Positions 46,071-54,037 of a DNA stretch of 64,000 bases are shown here, piece by piece. Within the stretch, counting starts at the first letter, position 1, and the number at the start of each line of letters is the position of its first letter. A model generated the notes under the pieces. The model saw only the letters and a program-made list of their open reading frames with translations. It was not told the origin of the DNA and searched no databases. The stretch is from Eubacteriales bacterium (GTDB taxonomy: Bacteria; Bacillota; Clostridia; Oscillospirales; CAG-272). The position numbers and the translations under genes are program-made. The stretch spans positions 24,507 through 88,506 of the forward strand of contig JBGVLZ010000090.1 in the NCBI GenBank assembly GCA_045124505.1. The letters are read 5' to 3'.

Positions 46071-46793
46071 ATGATTGCTATAAAAACAGAAAACTTAACC
46101 AAAAAGTACAAAGATACCGTGGCGGTCGATAACTTGAATCTTTCCGTGTTCAAGGGGGAGCTGCTGTCTTTGCTCGGCGTAAACGGAGCAGGGAAAACAA
46201 CGACTGTAAAAATGCTGTCATGTCTTGCAAAGCCGACAAGCGGTGATGCTTTTTTGAACGGTAAAAGTATTTTAAATGACAGTGACTGTGTGAAATCGTT
46301 TATTGCTGTGTCACCGCAGGAAACGGCAATCGCCGAAGGGCTTTCCGTATATGAAAATCTGGAATTTATGTGCGGTGTACACGGTTTTACAAAGGATAAA
46401 AAAAGTGAAAAAACAGCGGAGCTTTTGAAGCTTTTGTCACTCGAAGATATAAAGAATAAAAAAGCAGGGAAGCTGTCCGGAGGTCTTAAACGCAGATTAA
46501 GTATTGCCATGGCGCTTATAAGCGAACCTGAGATACTTTTCCTTGATGAACCCACACTCGGTCTTGATGTTATTATAAGAAGCGATCTGTGGGATATTAT
46601 CAGACTTTTGAAAGGCAAGGTCACTATAATTCTTACAACACATTATATGGAAGAAGCTGAAGCACTTTCGGATCGTGTTGCAATTATGAAAAACGGAAAG
46701 CTGATCGTTTGCGATACAGTAAGTAATATTAAGAAAACTGCTGAAACTGACAGCTTCGAACAAGCCTTTATCAAATTCGTAAAGGAGGCATGA
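46071..46793 (+). CDS. ABC transporter ATP-binding protein (ABC-2/DrrA-like)
   Basis: Walker A GVNGAGKTT, signature LSGGLKRRL, Walker B ILFLDEPT. Start is at MIAIKTENL. Confidence 0.9.
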   Translation: MIAIKTENLTKKYKDTVAVDNLNLSVFKGELLSLLGVNGAGKTTTVKMLSCLAKPTSGDAFLNGKSILNDSDCVKSFIAVSPQETAIAEGLSVYENLEFMCGVHGFTKDKKSEKTAELLKLLSLEDIKNKKAGKLSGGLKRRLSIAMALISEPEILFLDEPTLGLDVIIRSDLWDIIRLLKGKVTIILTTHYMEEAEALSDRVAIMKNGKLIVCDTVSNIKKTAETDSFEQAFIKFVKEA

Positions 46794-47527
46794 AAATGAA
46801 AATGCTGACTTTTGCACAAAGAAATACAAAGGAAATATTGCGTGATCCTTTAAATCTTGCATTTGGACTCGGTTTTCCGCTTGTTGTTATTTTGCTTTTG
46901 AGCGCAATACAGGCAAATATTCCCGTGCCTCTTTTTGAAATACAGCACTTGACACCTGGTATTACGGTTTTCGGTCTTTCTTTTATGACTCTGTTTTCGG
47001 CAACTCTTATTGCAAAGGACAGAAAAAGCTCATTTTTGCAGCGCCTTTACACAACACCGCTTACACCGTTTGATTTTATTTCAGGCTATACACTTCCGAT
47101 AATACCTATTTCTGCCGTGCAGTGTGTTATATGTTATGTTGCCGCTGTATTTCTCGGACTTGATATTACAGTAAACATTTTATATGCTGTCCTTTTCATA
47201 ATCCCCGTATCACTGATGTACATTTCGCTGGGGCTTCTGTGCGGAAGTGTGTTTAATGACAAGCAGGTCGGCGGTATATGCGGAGCTTTGCTTACAAATC
47301 TTTCGGCGTGGATGTCAGGTGTGTGGTTTGATCTTGAGCTTGTTGGAGGAACATTCAAAAAAATCGCTTATGCGCTTCCGTTTGTTCACGCAGTTGAGGT
47401 TGAGCGTGCGGTCCTTGACGGAAATTTCAGTAATATTTTCCCGCATTTATTCTGGGTGCTCGGTTATACTGCGGTACTTATTTTGCTGTCGGTATTCTTT
47501 TTCTTAAAGCAAATGAAAAATCAGTGA
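46790..47527 (+). CDS. ABC-2 type transporter permease
   Basis: 6-TM protein. Its start overlaps the ATPase stop (ATGA). Confidence 0.8.
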   Translation: MKMKMLTFAQRNTKEILRDPLNLAFGLGFPLVVILLLSAIQANIPVPLFEIQHLTPGITVFGLSFMTLFSATLIAKDRKSSFLQRLYTTPLTPFDFISGYTLPIIPISAVQCVICYVAAVFLGLDITVNILYAVLFIIPVSLMYISLGLLCGSVFNDKQVGGICGALLTNLSAWMSGVWFDLELVGGTFKKIAYALPFVHAVEVERAVLDGNFSNIFPHLFWVLGYTAVLILLSVFFFLKQMKNQ

Positions 47528-47534
47528 GGTATGT

Positions 47535-48200
47535 ATGAAGCTTTTGATAAGTGCACTTACAAAATTTATTTTCGGACTTATTCTTGTTGGTGTATTGCTG
47601 TTTTTGCCCGCAGGGACGTTTGATTATTCAAACGGTTGGCTTTTTATATCGCTTCTGTTCGTTCCGATATTTATACTCGGTGTTGTTCTTTTTATAAAAG
47701 CCCCTGAACTTCTTGAAAAAAGACTTAATTCAAAAGAAAAAGAAAATGCACAAAAAGGTGTTGTAGCCGTGTCGGGGGTGCTGTTTATCTTCGGATTTGT
47801 TATCGCAGGACTTGACTATCGTTTTTCGTGGTCAAGCGTTCCTGTACCTGTTGTAATTACCGCGTCTGTCATACTTCTTGTTTCTTATGCACTGTATGCC
47901 GAGGTGATGCGTGAAAACGCATATCTGTCAAGAACTGTTGAGGTTCAAAAAGGTCAAAAGGTAATTGATACAGGACTTTACGGCATCATCCGACACCCCA
48001 TGTATGCTGTGACACTGTGGCTGTTTATATCAATCCCGATAGTGCTCGGTTCTTTTTGGTCGCTTATTTGTTTTTTACCGTACATACCGTTGTTTGTCAT
48101 AAGAATAAAGAACGAGGAGAAGGTTTTAGAAAACGGTCTTGAAGGATATACCGAATATAAGAAACGTGTAAGATACAGACTTATACCTTTTGTATGGTGA
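47535..48200 (+). CDS. isoprenylcysteine carboxyl methyltransferase (ICMT)/phospholipid methyltransferase-family membrane protein
   Basis: GLYGIIRHPMY motif and E-rich C-terminal block (IKNEEKVLENGLEGYTEYKKRV). Confidence 0.8.
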   Translation: MKLLISALTKFIFGLILVGVLLFLPAGTFDYSNGWLFISLLFVPIFILGVVLFIKAPELLEKRLNSKEKENAQKGVVAVSGVLFIFGFVIAGLDYRFSWSSVPVPVVITASVILLVSYALYAEVMRENAYLSRTVEVQKGQKVIDTGLYGIIRHPMYAVTLWLFISIPIVLGSFWSLICFLPYIPLFVIRIKNEEKVLENGLEGYTEYKKRVRYRLIPFVW

Positions 48201-48254
48201 CGTTGTGTTAATTATCTTTTTACAAAATCATACAACAAAAAACAGGAAAAACTA

Positions 48255-48283
48255 TTGACAAATTTGTTTTCGTGGTGTATAAT
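48255..48283 (+). promoter_or_regulatory. sigmaA-like promoter of T-box leader
   Basis: TTGACA - 17 nt - TATAAT. Confidence 0.6.
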
Positions 48284-48289
48284 TCGCAC

Positions 48290-48551
48290 ATGTAAACACT
48301 GTGAAGAAAACGGCAGAAAAAGGTTTTCGCAGAGAGTCGGCGGCAGGTGTAAGCCGATAAAACTGATTTCGGTAAGCCACATCATTTCTGAGTGGGAGAG
48401 GTGAAGACAGTAGCTTCTCACGTTAAGCCGCGTTAAGGCAAAGGGCTTTGTGATGAGTCCGAAGTGGCATTTTTATGCAAATTGAGTGGTACCGCGGATC
48501 ATTCCGTCTCAAGGTTGTTAAAGGACTTTGAGACGTTTTTTGTTTTCACGC
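48290..48551 (+). promoter_or_regulatory. T-box riboswitch, tentative specifier AUC (Ile)
   Basis: AGAGAG..GGTGTAAG. The lower stem CAGAAA/TTTCTG is the same geometry as the Phe leader, with AC-ATC-A immediately 5' of TTTCTG (ATC at 48381-48383). The T-box sequence is AAATTGAGTGGTACCGCGG (48479-48497). The terminator is CGTCTCAA..TTGAGACG plus a T-run (48505-48551). Confidence 0.8.
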
Positions 48552-48604
48552 CGCTTTGAACGCAGAAAGCGATCATCAAATCTTTATGAAAGGTAGATTG
48601 AAAA

Positions 48605-50893
48605 ATGGAAAAAACAGATTTGAAAACACAGCTCTCAGAGGTTGCACAGCGAATTAGAACACTTCGCGAGATCATGGGCATTTCTGCTGAGGACATGGCG
48701 GTTAAAACAGGAGTTTCAATAGAAAACTATCTTAAATACGAATCAGGTGAGCAGGACTTCAGCTTTACCTTTATTTATAAATGCGCAAAGCATCTCCGTG
48801 TTGACCCAACGGATCTTATAAAAGGTGAAAGTCCGACTCTTTCAAATTACACACTTACAAGAAGCGGTGAGGGACTTCCCATCACACGCCGTGAGGGTTT
48901 TAAATATCTGAATATGGCACCGCTTTTCAAACAGAAGACGGCAGAGCCGTTCTTTGTTGAAATGCCGTACTGTGCGGAAGACGCCGAAAAGCCTATCAAA
49001 ACGTCTACACATGAAGGACAGGAGCTGGATATTGTTATATCAGGCAAAATGAAAGTTCAGATAGGCAACCATACGGAAATACTCGGCGAAGGGGACTCAA
49101 TATACTACAATTCTTCAGCACCTCATGGCATGGTATCTCTTGATCCCGAAGGCACAAAATTCTATGCAATAGTACTCAAAAGTACCGAAGAAAAAGCAGA
49201 AAAGGATAAGTTTGAGCAGATCGTTTCACAGCGCAAAGCAAGACGTGATGCGCACAGAACAAGCGTTGCGGCGAACTTCATTGATACTGTATGCGACGAA
49301 AACGGTGTTTTGCAGTCTATATCCTTTAAAAATGAAGATAAATACAATTTTGCTTTTGATACTGTCGATGCAATTGCCGATAAATCCCCCGACAAGCTTG
49401 CGATGCTTCACATTTCAAACGATAAAACGGAAAGAAGATTTACGTTTGCTGACATGAAAAAGTATTCTGCAATGACAGCAAATTACTTCGAATCGCTCGG
49501 AATAAAGAAGGGCGACCGCGTAATGCTCGTTTTGAAGCGTCATTATCAGTTCTGGTTCTCAATTCTTGCGCTTCATAAGATAGGTGCTATTGCAATTCCC
49601 GCAACAAACCAGCTTATGCAGCACGATTTTGAATATAGATATAAAGCAGCGAATGTAAATGCTATTGTTTGTACATCTGACGGTGATGTTGCAAATCAGG
49701 CTGAAATAGCATCAAAAACAACGTCCCCTGACCTTATCAAGATCATTGTAGGCGAGAAAAAAGAAGGCTGGCTTGATTTCAACGAAGGCTTTGCAAAAAT
49801 GTCTGACGTTTACGAAAGAACTGCAGATTCTGCCTGCGGCTTTGATCCGATGCTTATGTACTTCACATCAGGTACAACAGGATATCCGAAGATAGCAACT
49901 CACGACTACAGATATGCAATCGGTCACTATATCACAGCAAGATATTGGCACAATGTCAATCCCGAAGGGCTTCACTTTACCATTTCAGACACGGGCTGGG
50001 GAAAAGCTGTCTGGGGCAAGCTGTACGGTCAGTGGCTGTGTGAAGCGGCAGTATTCACATATGATTTCGACAGATTTGATGCAAATGAAATACTTCCGAT
50101 GTTCGCTAAGTACAATATAACAACATTCTGTGCTCCCCCCACGATGTACCGCTTCTTTATAAAAGAGGATCTTTCAAAATTCGATCTTTCAAGTATTGAA
50201 TATTCTACAACTGCAGGCGAAGCACTTAACGCGGAAGTATTTGAACAGTGGCATAAGGCAACAGGTCTTACAATAATGGAAGGCTTCGGACAGACGGAAA
50301 CAACGCTCAGTGTTTGCAATCTTGTCGGTACAATGCCGAAACCGGGTGCTATGGGAAGACCGAGCCCTCTATACGACGTTGATATTGTAGATGAAAACGG
50401 AAAATCGCTTCCAGACGGTGAAACGGGTGAGATCGTTATCCATACAGATAAGCACATACCTTGCGGACTTTTCAAGGGCTATTATCTGAATGAAGAAAAG
50501 ACAAACGAGGTATGGCATGACGGACTTTACCACACGGGCGACACCGCTTGGCGCGATGAAGACGGATATTTCTGGTATGTCGGAAGAACGGATGACGTTA
50601 TCAAGTCATCTGGTTACCGTATAGGTCCGTTTGAAATTGAAAGCGTTATTATGGAGCTTCCTTACGTTCTTGAATGTGCCGTAACCGCAGTCCCCGACCC
50701 GATAAGAGGTCAGGCTATAAAAGCATCTATCGTGCTTGTAAAGGGCAAAGAGGGAACGGACGAACTCAAAAAAGAGATACAGACATATGTTAAGGAGCAT
50801 ACAGCACCCTATAAGTATCCCAGAGTTGTTCAGTTTATGGATTCACTTCCCAAGACTATAAGCGGAAAAATAAAGAGAAATGAGCTCAGATAA
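48605..50893 (+). CDS. fusion protein: XRE HTH + cupin + AMP-forming (medium/short-chain) acyl-CoA synthetase
   Basis: The N-terminal HTH_3 (IRTLREIMGISAEDMAVKTGVSIENYLKYESG) is followed by a cupin (HEGQELDIVISGKMKVQIGN...APHGM). Then comes the ACS core (FTSGTTGYPK, GFGQTET, YHTGD, GRTDDVIKSSGYRIGPFEIE, SGKIKR). Confidence 0.85.
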   Translation: MEKTDLKTQLSEVAQRIRTLREIMGISAEDMAVKTGVSIENYLKYESGEQDFSFTFIYKCAKHLRVDPTDLIKGESPTLSNYTLTRSGEGLPITRREGFKYLNMAPLFKQKTAEPFFVEMPYCAEDAEKPIKTSTHEGQELDIVISGKMKVQIGNHTEILGEGDSIYYNSSAPHGMVSLDPEGTKFYAIVLKSTEEKAEKDKFEQIVSQRKARRDAHRTSVAANFIDTVCDENGVLQSISFKNEDKYNFAFDTVDAIADKSPDKLAMLHISNDKTERRFTFADMKKYSAMTANYFESLGIKKGDRVMLVLKRHYQFWFSILALHKIGAIAIPATNQLMQHDFEYRYKAANVNAIVCTSDGDVANQAEIASKTTSPDLIKIIVGEKKEGWLDFNEGFAKMSDVYERTADSACGFDPMLMYFTSGTTGYPKIATHDYRYAIGHYITARYWHNVNPEGLHFTISDTGWGKAVWGKLYGQWLCEAAVFTYDFDRFDANEILPMFAKYNITTFCAPPTMYRFFIKEDLSKFDLSSIEYSTTAGEALNAEVFEQWHKATGLTIMEGFGQTETTLSVCNLVGTMPKPGAMGRPSPLYDVDIVDENGKSLPDGETGEIVIHTDKHIPCGLFKGYYLNEEKTNEVWHDGLYHTGDTAWRDEDGYFWYVGRTDDVIKSSGYRIGPFEIESVIMELPYVLECAVTAVPDPIRGQAIKASIVLVKGKEGTDELKKEIQTYVKEHTAPYKYPRVVQFMDSLPKTISGKIKRNELR

Positions 50894-50920
50894 GCTTATA
50901 AAATAAATAGAATCACCTGT

Positions 50921-50952
50921 GATGTGCTTTACACATTGCAGGTGATTTTTTG
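50921..50952 (+). terminator. intrinsic terminator
   Basis: AATCACCTG...CAGGTGATT hairpin plus TTTTT. Confidence 0.7.
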
Positions 50953-51101
50953 CGGATCTTTTTATTTAAAGAGAGTAGACCCACAGCATAAATAACTCAC
51001 AGTATTGTTCTTTTAGAGCTATTTATAGTCCGAATTGTATCATATATAGCCTATGTTGTCAAGTATCAAAGGGTATAATAATAAAAAAACTCGGAGAAAT
51101 T

Positions 51102-51344
51102 ATGGATACTTGTACGGCTGTAAAGAACAGAATACTGCATTTGTGCGGAGAAAAGCAGATGTCAATTTATAAACTTGCAATTGAATCTGCTGTACCTGCA
51201 TCTACAATAAAAAATATTTTGTACGGAAAAAGCACAAATCCCGGTATCGTTACGATAAAGATGCTTTGCGACGGCTTTGGAATATCGCTTATTGATTTTT
51301 TCAATACAGATGATTTTCTTTCTCTTGAGCAGGAGATAAAATGA
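51102..51344 (+). CDS. small XRE-family HTH protein
   Basis: 80-aa HTH_3-like protein (GEKQMSIYKLAIESAVPASTIKNILYG). Confidence 0.7.
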   Translation: MDTCTAVKNRILHLCGEKQMSIYKLAIESAVPASTIKNILYGKSTNPGIVTIKMLCDGFGISLIDFFNTDDFLSLEQEIK

Positions 51345-51365
51345 AATATCATGCCATATTTAAAG

Positions 51366-51399
51366 ATCAACCGACGGGAATATTGTCGGTTGATTTTTC
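51366..51399 (+). terminator. intrinsic terminator
   Basis: ATCAACCGAC...GTCGGTTGAT hairpin plus TTTTT. Confidence 0.65.
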
Positions 51400-51449
51400 A
51401 TAGAAATGGAAAAATCATTTTCTGACTTGCTTTATAAGTCTGTTTAGGG

Positions 51450-51478
51450 TTGACATTTTTATGTTTGGGTGATATAAT
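51450..51478 (+). promoter_or_regulatory. sigmaA-like promoter of ychF
   Basis: TTGACA - 17 nt - TATAAT. Confidence 0.6.
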
Positions 51479-51516
51479 TGTAATGTTAAAATATTGATAT
51501 TATGAGGATATAAAAT

Positions 51517-52614
51517 ATGAAACTTGGTATAGTAGGACTTCCGAATGTAGGTAAAAGTACTTTGTTTAATGCAATAACAAAGGCAGGGGCTGAATGTGCA
51601 AATTATCCTTTTTGTACGATTGAGCCTAATGTGGGTGTTGTTCCCGTTCCCGATTACCGCCTTGACGTACTTGCTGAAATGTACAATCCGCAGAAGTACA
51701 CACCTGCAGTTATTGAATTTGTTGATATCGCAGGACTTGTAAAGGGCGCATCACACGGCGAAGGTCTCGGAAATAAATTTTTGTCGCACATAAGAGAGGT
51801 TGACGCCATCGTTCACGTTGTCAGATGCTTTGAAAATGAAAATATTATACACGTTGAAGGCGATGTTGACTCTATCCGTGACGTTGAAACTATAAATACA
51901 GAGCTTATTTTGTCTGACATGGAAATTGTACAAAAGAGAATTGACAAGGACGAAAAGCTTCTTAAAGCGGACAAGTCGATACTTCCCGAAATAGAATTTC
52001 TCAAAAAGCTTGCAGTACACCTTGATGTGGGCAAAACAGCACGCTGTATTGAAATGACGGATGATGAAAAAGAAATAATGGCAACGCTTCCGCTTCTTTC
52101 CGCAAAGCCCGTTATATATGCGGCGAATGTTTCCGAAGATGAGGTGTCGGGTGAGCCGCTTGATAACAAGAATTACATTGCACTCAAGGAATATGCAGAA
52201 AGCGAAAACTCGGAGATAATTCCTGTTTGTGCTTCTCTTGAATTTGAAATTGCAGCCCTTGACGAAGAGGAAGCAAAAGCATTTTTGGAAGAGCTCGGAA
52301 TGGGACAAAGCGGTCTTGACAGACTTATCAAGGCAAGCTATAAGCTTTTAGGACTCATCAGCTTCTTAACGGCCGGTCCCCAGGAAGTACGTGCGTGGAC
52401 GATCAAAAACGGCACAAAAGCGCCGGGCGCTGCGGGAAAGATACATTCCGACTTTGAACGTGGATTTATAAGAGCTGAAATTGTCGGCTTCGACGATCTT
52501 GTTGCTTGCGGAAAAAATATGGCAACAGCAAGAGAAAAAGGACTTATCAGAAGCGAAGGTAAGGAATATGTAATGAAAGACGGCGACGTAACGCTGTTCA
52601 GATTTAATGTTTAA
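51517..52614 (+). CDS. ychF: redox-regulated ribosome-binding ATPase YchF
   Basis: GLPNVGKSTLFNA P-loop, DIAGLVKGAS, and the C-terminal TGS-like tail (RSEGKEYVMKDGDV). 365 aa. Confidence 0.93.
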   Translation: MKLGIVGLPNVGKSTLFNAITKAGAECANYPFCTIEPNVGVVPVPDYRLDVLAEMYNPQKYTPAVIEFVDIAGLVKGASHGEGLGNKFLSHIREVDAIVHVVRCFENENIIHVEGDVDSIRDVETINTELILSDMEIVQKRIDKDEKLLKADKSILPEIEFLKKLAVHLDVGKTARCIEMTDDEKEIMATLPLLSAKPVIYAANVSEDEVSGEPLDNKNYIALKEYAESENSEIIPVCASLEFEIAALDEEEAKAFLEELGMGQSGLDRLIKASYKLLGLISFLTAGPQEVRAWTIKNGTKAPGAAGKIHSDFERGFIRAEIVGFDDLVACGKNMATAREKGLIRSEGKEYVMKDGDVTLFRFNV

Positions 52615-52626
52615 TATACAAAATAA

Positions 52627-52651
52627 AAACCCGTCGGAAACGACGGGTTTT
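52627..52651 (+). terminator. intrinsic terminator of ychF
   Basis: AAACCCGTCG-GAAA-CGACGGGTTT plus T. Confidence 0.75.
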
Positions 52652-52689
52652 ACGACTATTGACTATAAAAAATTCTGATGTTTTGTGTA

Positions 52690-52892
52690 TAAATTCGAAC
52701 CTTTGGGAATTCAGTGAAATCGTTCACTTTCACTCACGGCGAAATAATTCACTTGGTGAATTGTGAATTTGATGCTGCCGCATCAAGTGAAATTAAATCC
52801 ACCAACTCGCCGTCGAGGCGAATTTCACACGCCGCAGGCGTATTTCATATTGCAAAGCAATATTTCATCCACCCGTAAGGGTGGATTTAATT
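52690..52892. repeat. array of ~7 different short hairpins separated by (A)TTTCA(C/T)/GAAAT spacers
   Basis: Hairpins read directly: AGTGAA..TTCACT, AATTCAC-TTGG-GTGAATT, TGATGC..GCATCA, CGCC..GGCG, ACGCC-GCA-GGCGT, ATTGC-AAA-GCAAT, ATCCACCC-GTAA-GGGTGGAT. Confidence 0.55.
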
Positions 52893-52928
52893 GAAAATGA
52901 CAGATTCCTGTCGGAATCTGTCATTTTC
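52893..52928. terminator. 16-bp perfect hairpin directly 3' of tRNA-Thr (terminator for the minus-strand tRNA)
   Basis: GAAAATGACAGATTCC-TGTC-GGAATCTGTCATTTTC. Confidence 0.6.
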
Positions 52929-53004
52929 TGGAGCTGCTAGACAGAGTCGAACTGTCGACCTCATCCTTACCAAGGATGTGCTCTGCCAGCTGAGCCATAG
53001 CAGC
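52929..53004 (-). tRNA. tRNA-Thr: tRNA-Thr (anticodon GGU), CCA-encoded
   Basis: The minus strand GCTGCTATGGCTCAGCTGGCAGAGCACATCCTTGGTAAGGATGAGGTCGACAGTTCGACTCTGTCTAGCAGCTCCA folds as a cloverleaf. It has a 7-bp acceptor, a D-arm GCTC/GAGC with GG, anticodon loop TTGGTAA, and T-arm GACAG-TTCGACT-CTGTC. Confidence 0.9.
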
Positions 53005-53015
53005 ACAACACTTGT

Positions 53016-53044
53016 ATAATACCAAAAACTTTTAGTTTTGTCAA
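53016..53044 (-). promoter_or_regulatory. sigmaA-like promoter of tRNA-Thr
   Basis: TTGACA - 17 nt - TATTAT on the minus strand, ~12 nt upstream of the tRNA 5' end. Confidence 0.6.
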
Positions 53045-53080
53045 GTGTTTTTTGCTAAATTATTATTTTAGGAGAAAAAA

Positions 53081-54037
53081 ATGAAAAAAGAATTTGTGTG
53101 GGCGTTTGTCGGCTGCGGCTGGGCATCATCTGATATGGCAGATGCATTTATAAAAACGGGAAGAAAAATACACGGTGTATATTGCCGCAACACAGAGAAC
53201 TGCGAAAAATTTGCGGAAAAATATGGGATTTTGCATGCTTATAAAACTCCCGACGAGTTGTTTGCAGATAAATCGATAAATGCTTTGTATATCGCAACGC
53301 CTCACCATATACATTATGATTATATCAAAAAGGCTGTTGAATGCGGTATACACGTGCTTTGCGAAAAGGCGATAACCGTAAATGAAAAGCAGTATGACGA
53401 TGTGTGGAGCGCTAACAGCAAAGATGTCAAGCTTGCCGAAGCCATGACGGTTTATCATATGCCCCTGCACAGAATGCTTTCACGCCGTGTTATATCGGGT
53501 GAATTCGGAAAAACCAATCTGATACAGGTGAATTTCGGAAGTACAAAGCCATACGATATGGAAAACAGATTTTTTTCCAAAAAAACTGCCGGCGGTGCAC
53601 TTCTTGATATCGGTGTTTACGCTTTAGCGTGTGCGGAGATGTATACGAATAAAAGTATAGAGTCGGTAATTTCAGATGTTGAATTTGCCGAAAGCGGTGT
53701 GGACAAATCTTTTGGTGCACTTATAAAGAGGGAAAATGGGCAAATCGTGACCGTTACATGCTCGCTGTGCTCAAAGCTCCCTAAAAAAATAGTCATTTCA
53801 TGCGATAAAGCGTATATTGAAATTGAAAATTATCCGAGGGCTGACAGCGCTATAATAGTATATAATGACGGACGTACAGAGCAAGTACACGAGGGAAAAA
53901 GTGATAATGCTTTGATGTACGAAATTGAAAATTTCGAAAATGATATTTATTTATATCAGGTGCATACTAAAAATGTTATGCATACTGTAAGTGTTTTAAA
54001 GGATTCATGGGGACTTTATTATGACTGCGAAGGCTAA
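53081..54037 (+). CDS. Gfo/Idh/MocA-family NAD(P)-dependent oxidoreductase
   Basis: N-terminal Rossmann WAFVGCGWAS and the EKA block (HVLCEKAIT). Confidence 0.85.
   Translation: MKKEFVWAFVGCGWASSDMADAFIKTGRKIHGVYCRNTENCEKFAEKYGILHAYKTPDELFADKSINALYIATPHHIHYDYIKKAVECGIHVLCEKAITVNEKQYDDVWSANSKDVKLAEAMTVYHMPLHRMLSRRVISGEFGKTNLIQVNFGSTKPYDMENRFFSKKTAGGALLDIGVYALACAEMYTNKSIESVISDVEFAESGVDKSFGALIKRENGQIVTVTCSLCSKLPKKIVISCDKAYIEIENYPRADSAIIVYNDGRTEQVHEGKSDNALMYEIENFENDIYLYQVHTKNVMHTVSVLKDSWGLYYDCEG

Noticed and set aside
52690-52892. A CRISPR array or tandem repeat beside tRNA-Thr.
   Set aside because: The hairpin stems all differ. Only a 6-7 nt linker recurs, unit length is irregular, and there are no cas genes in the window.
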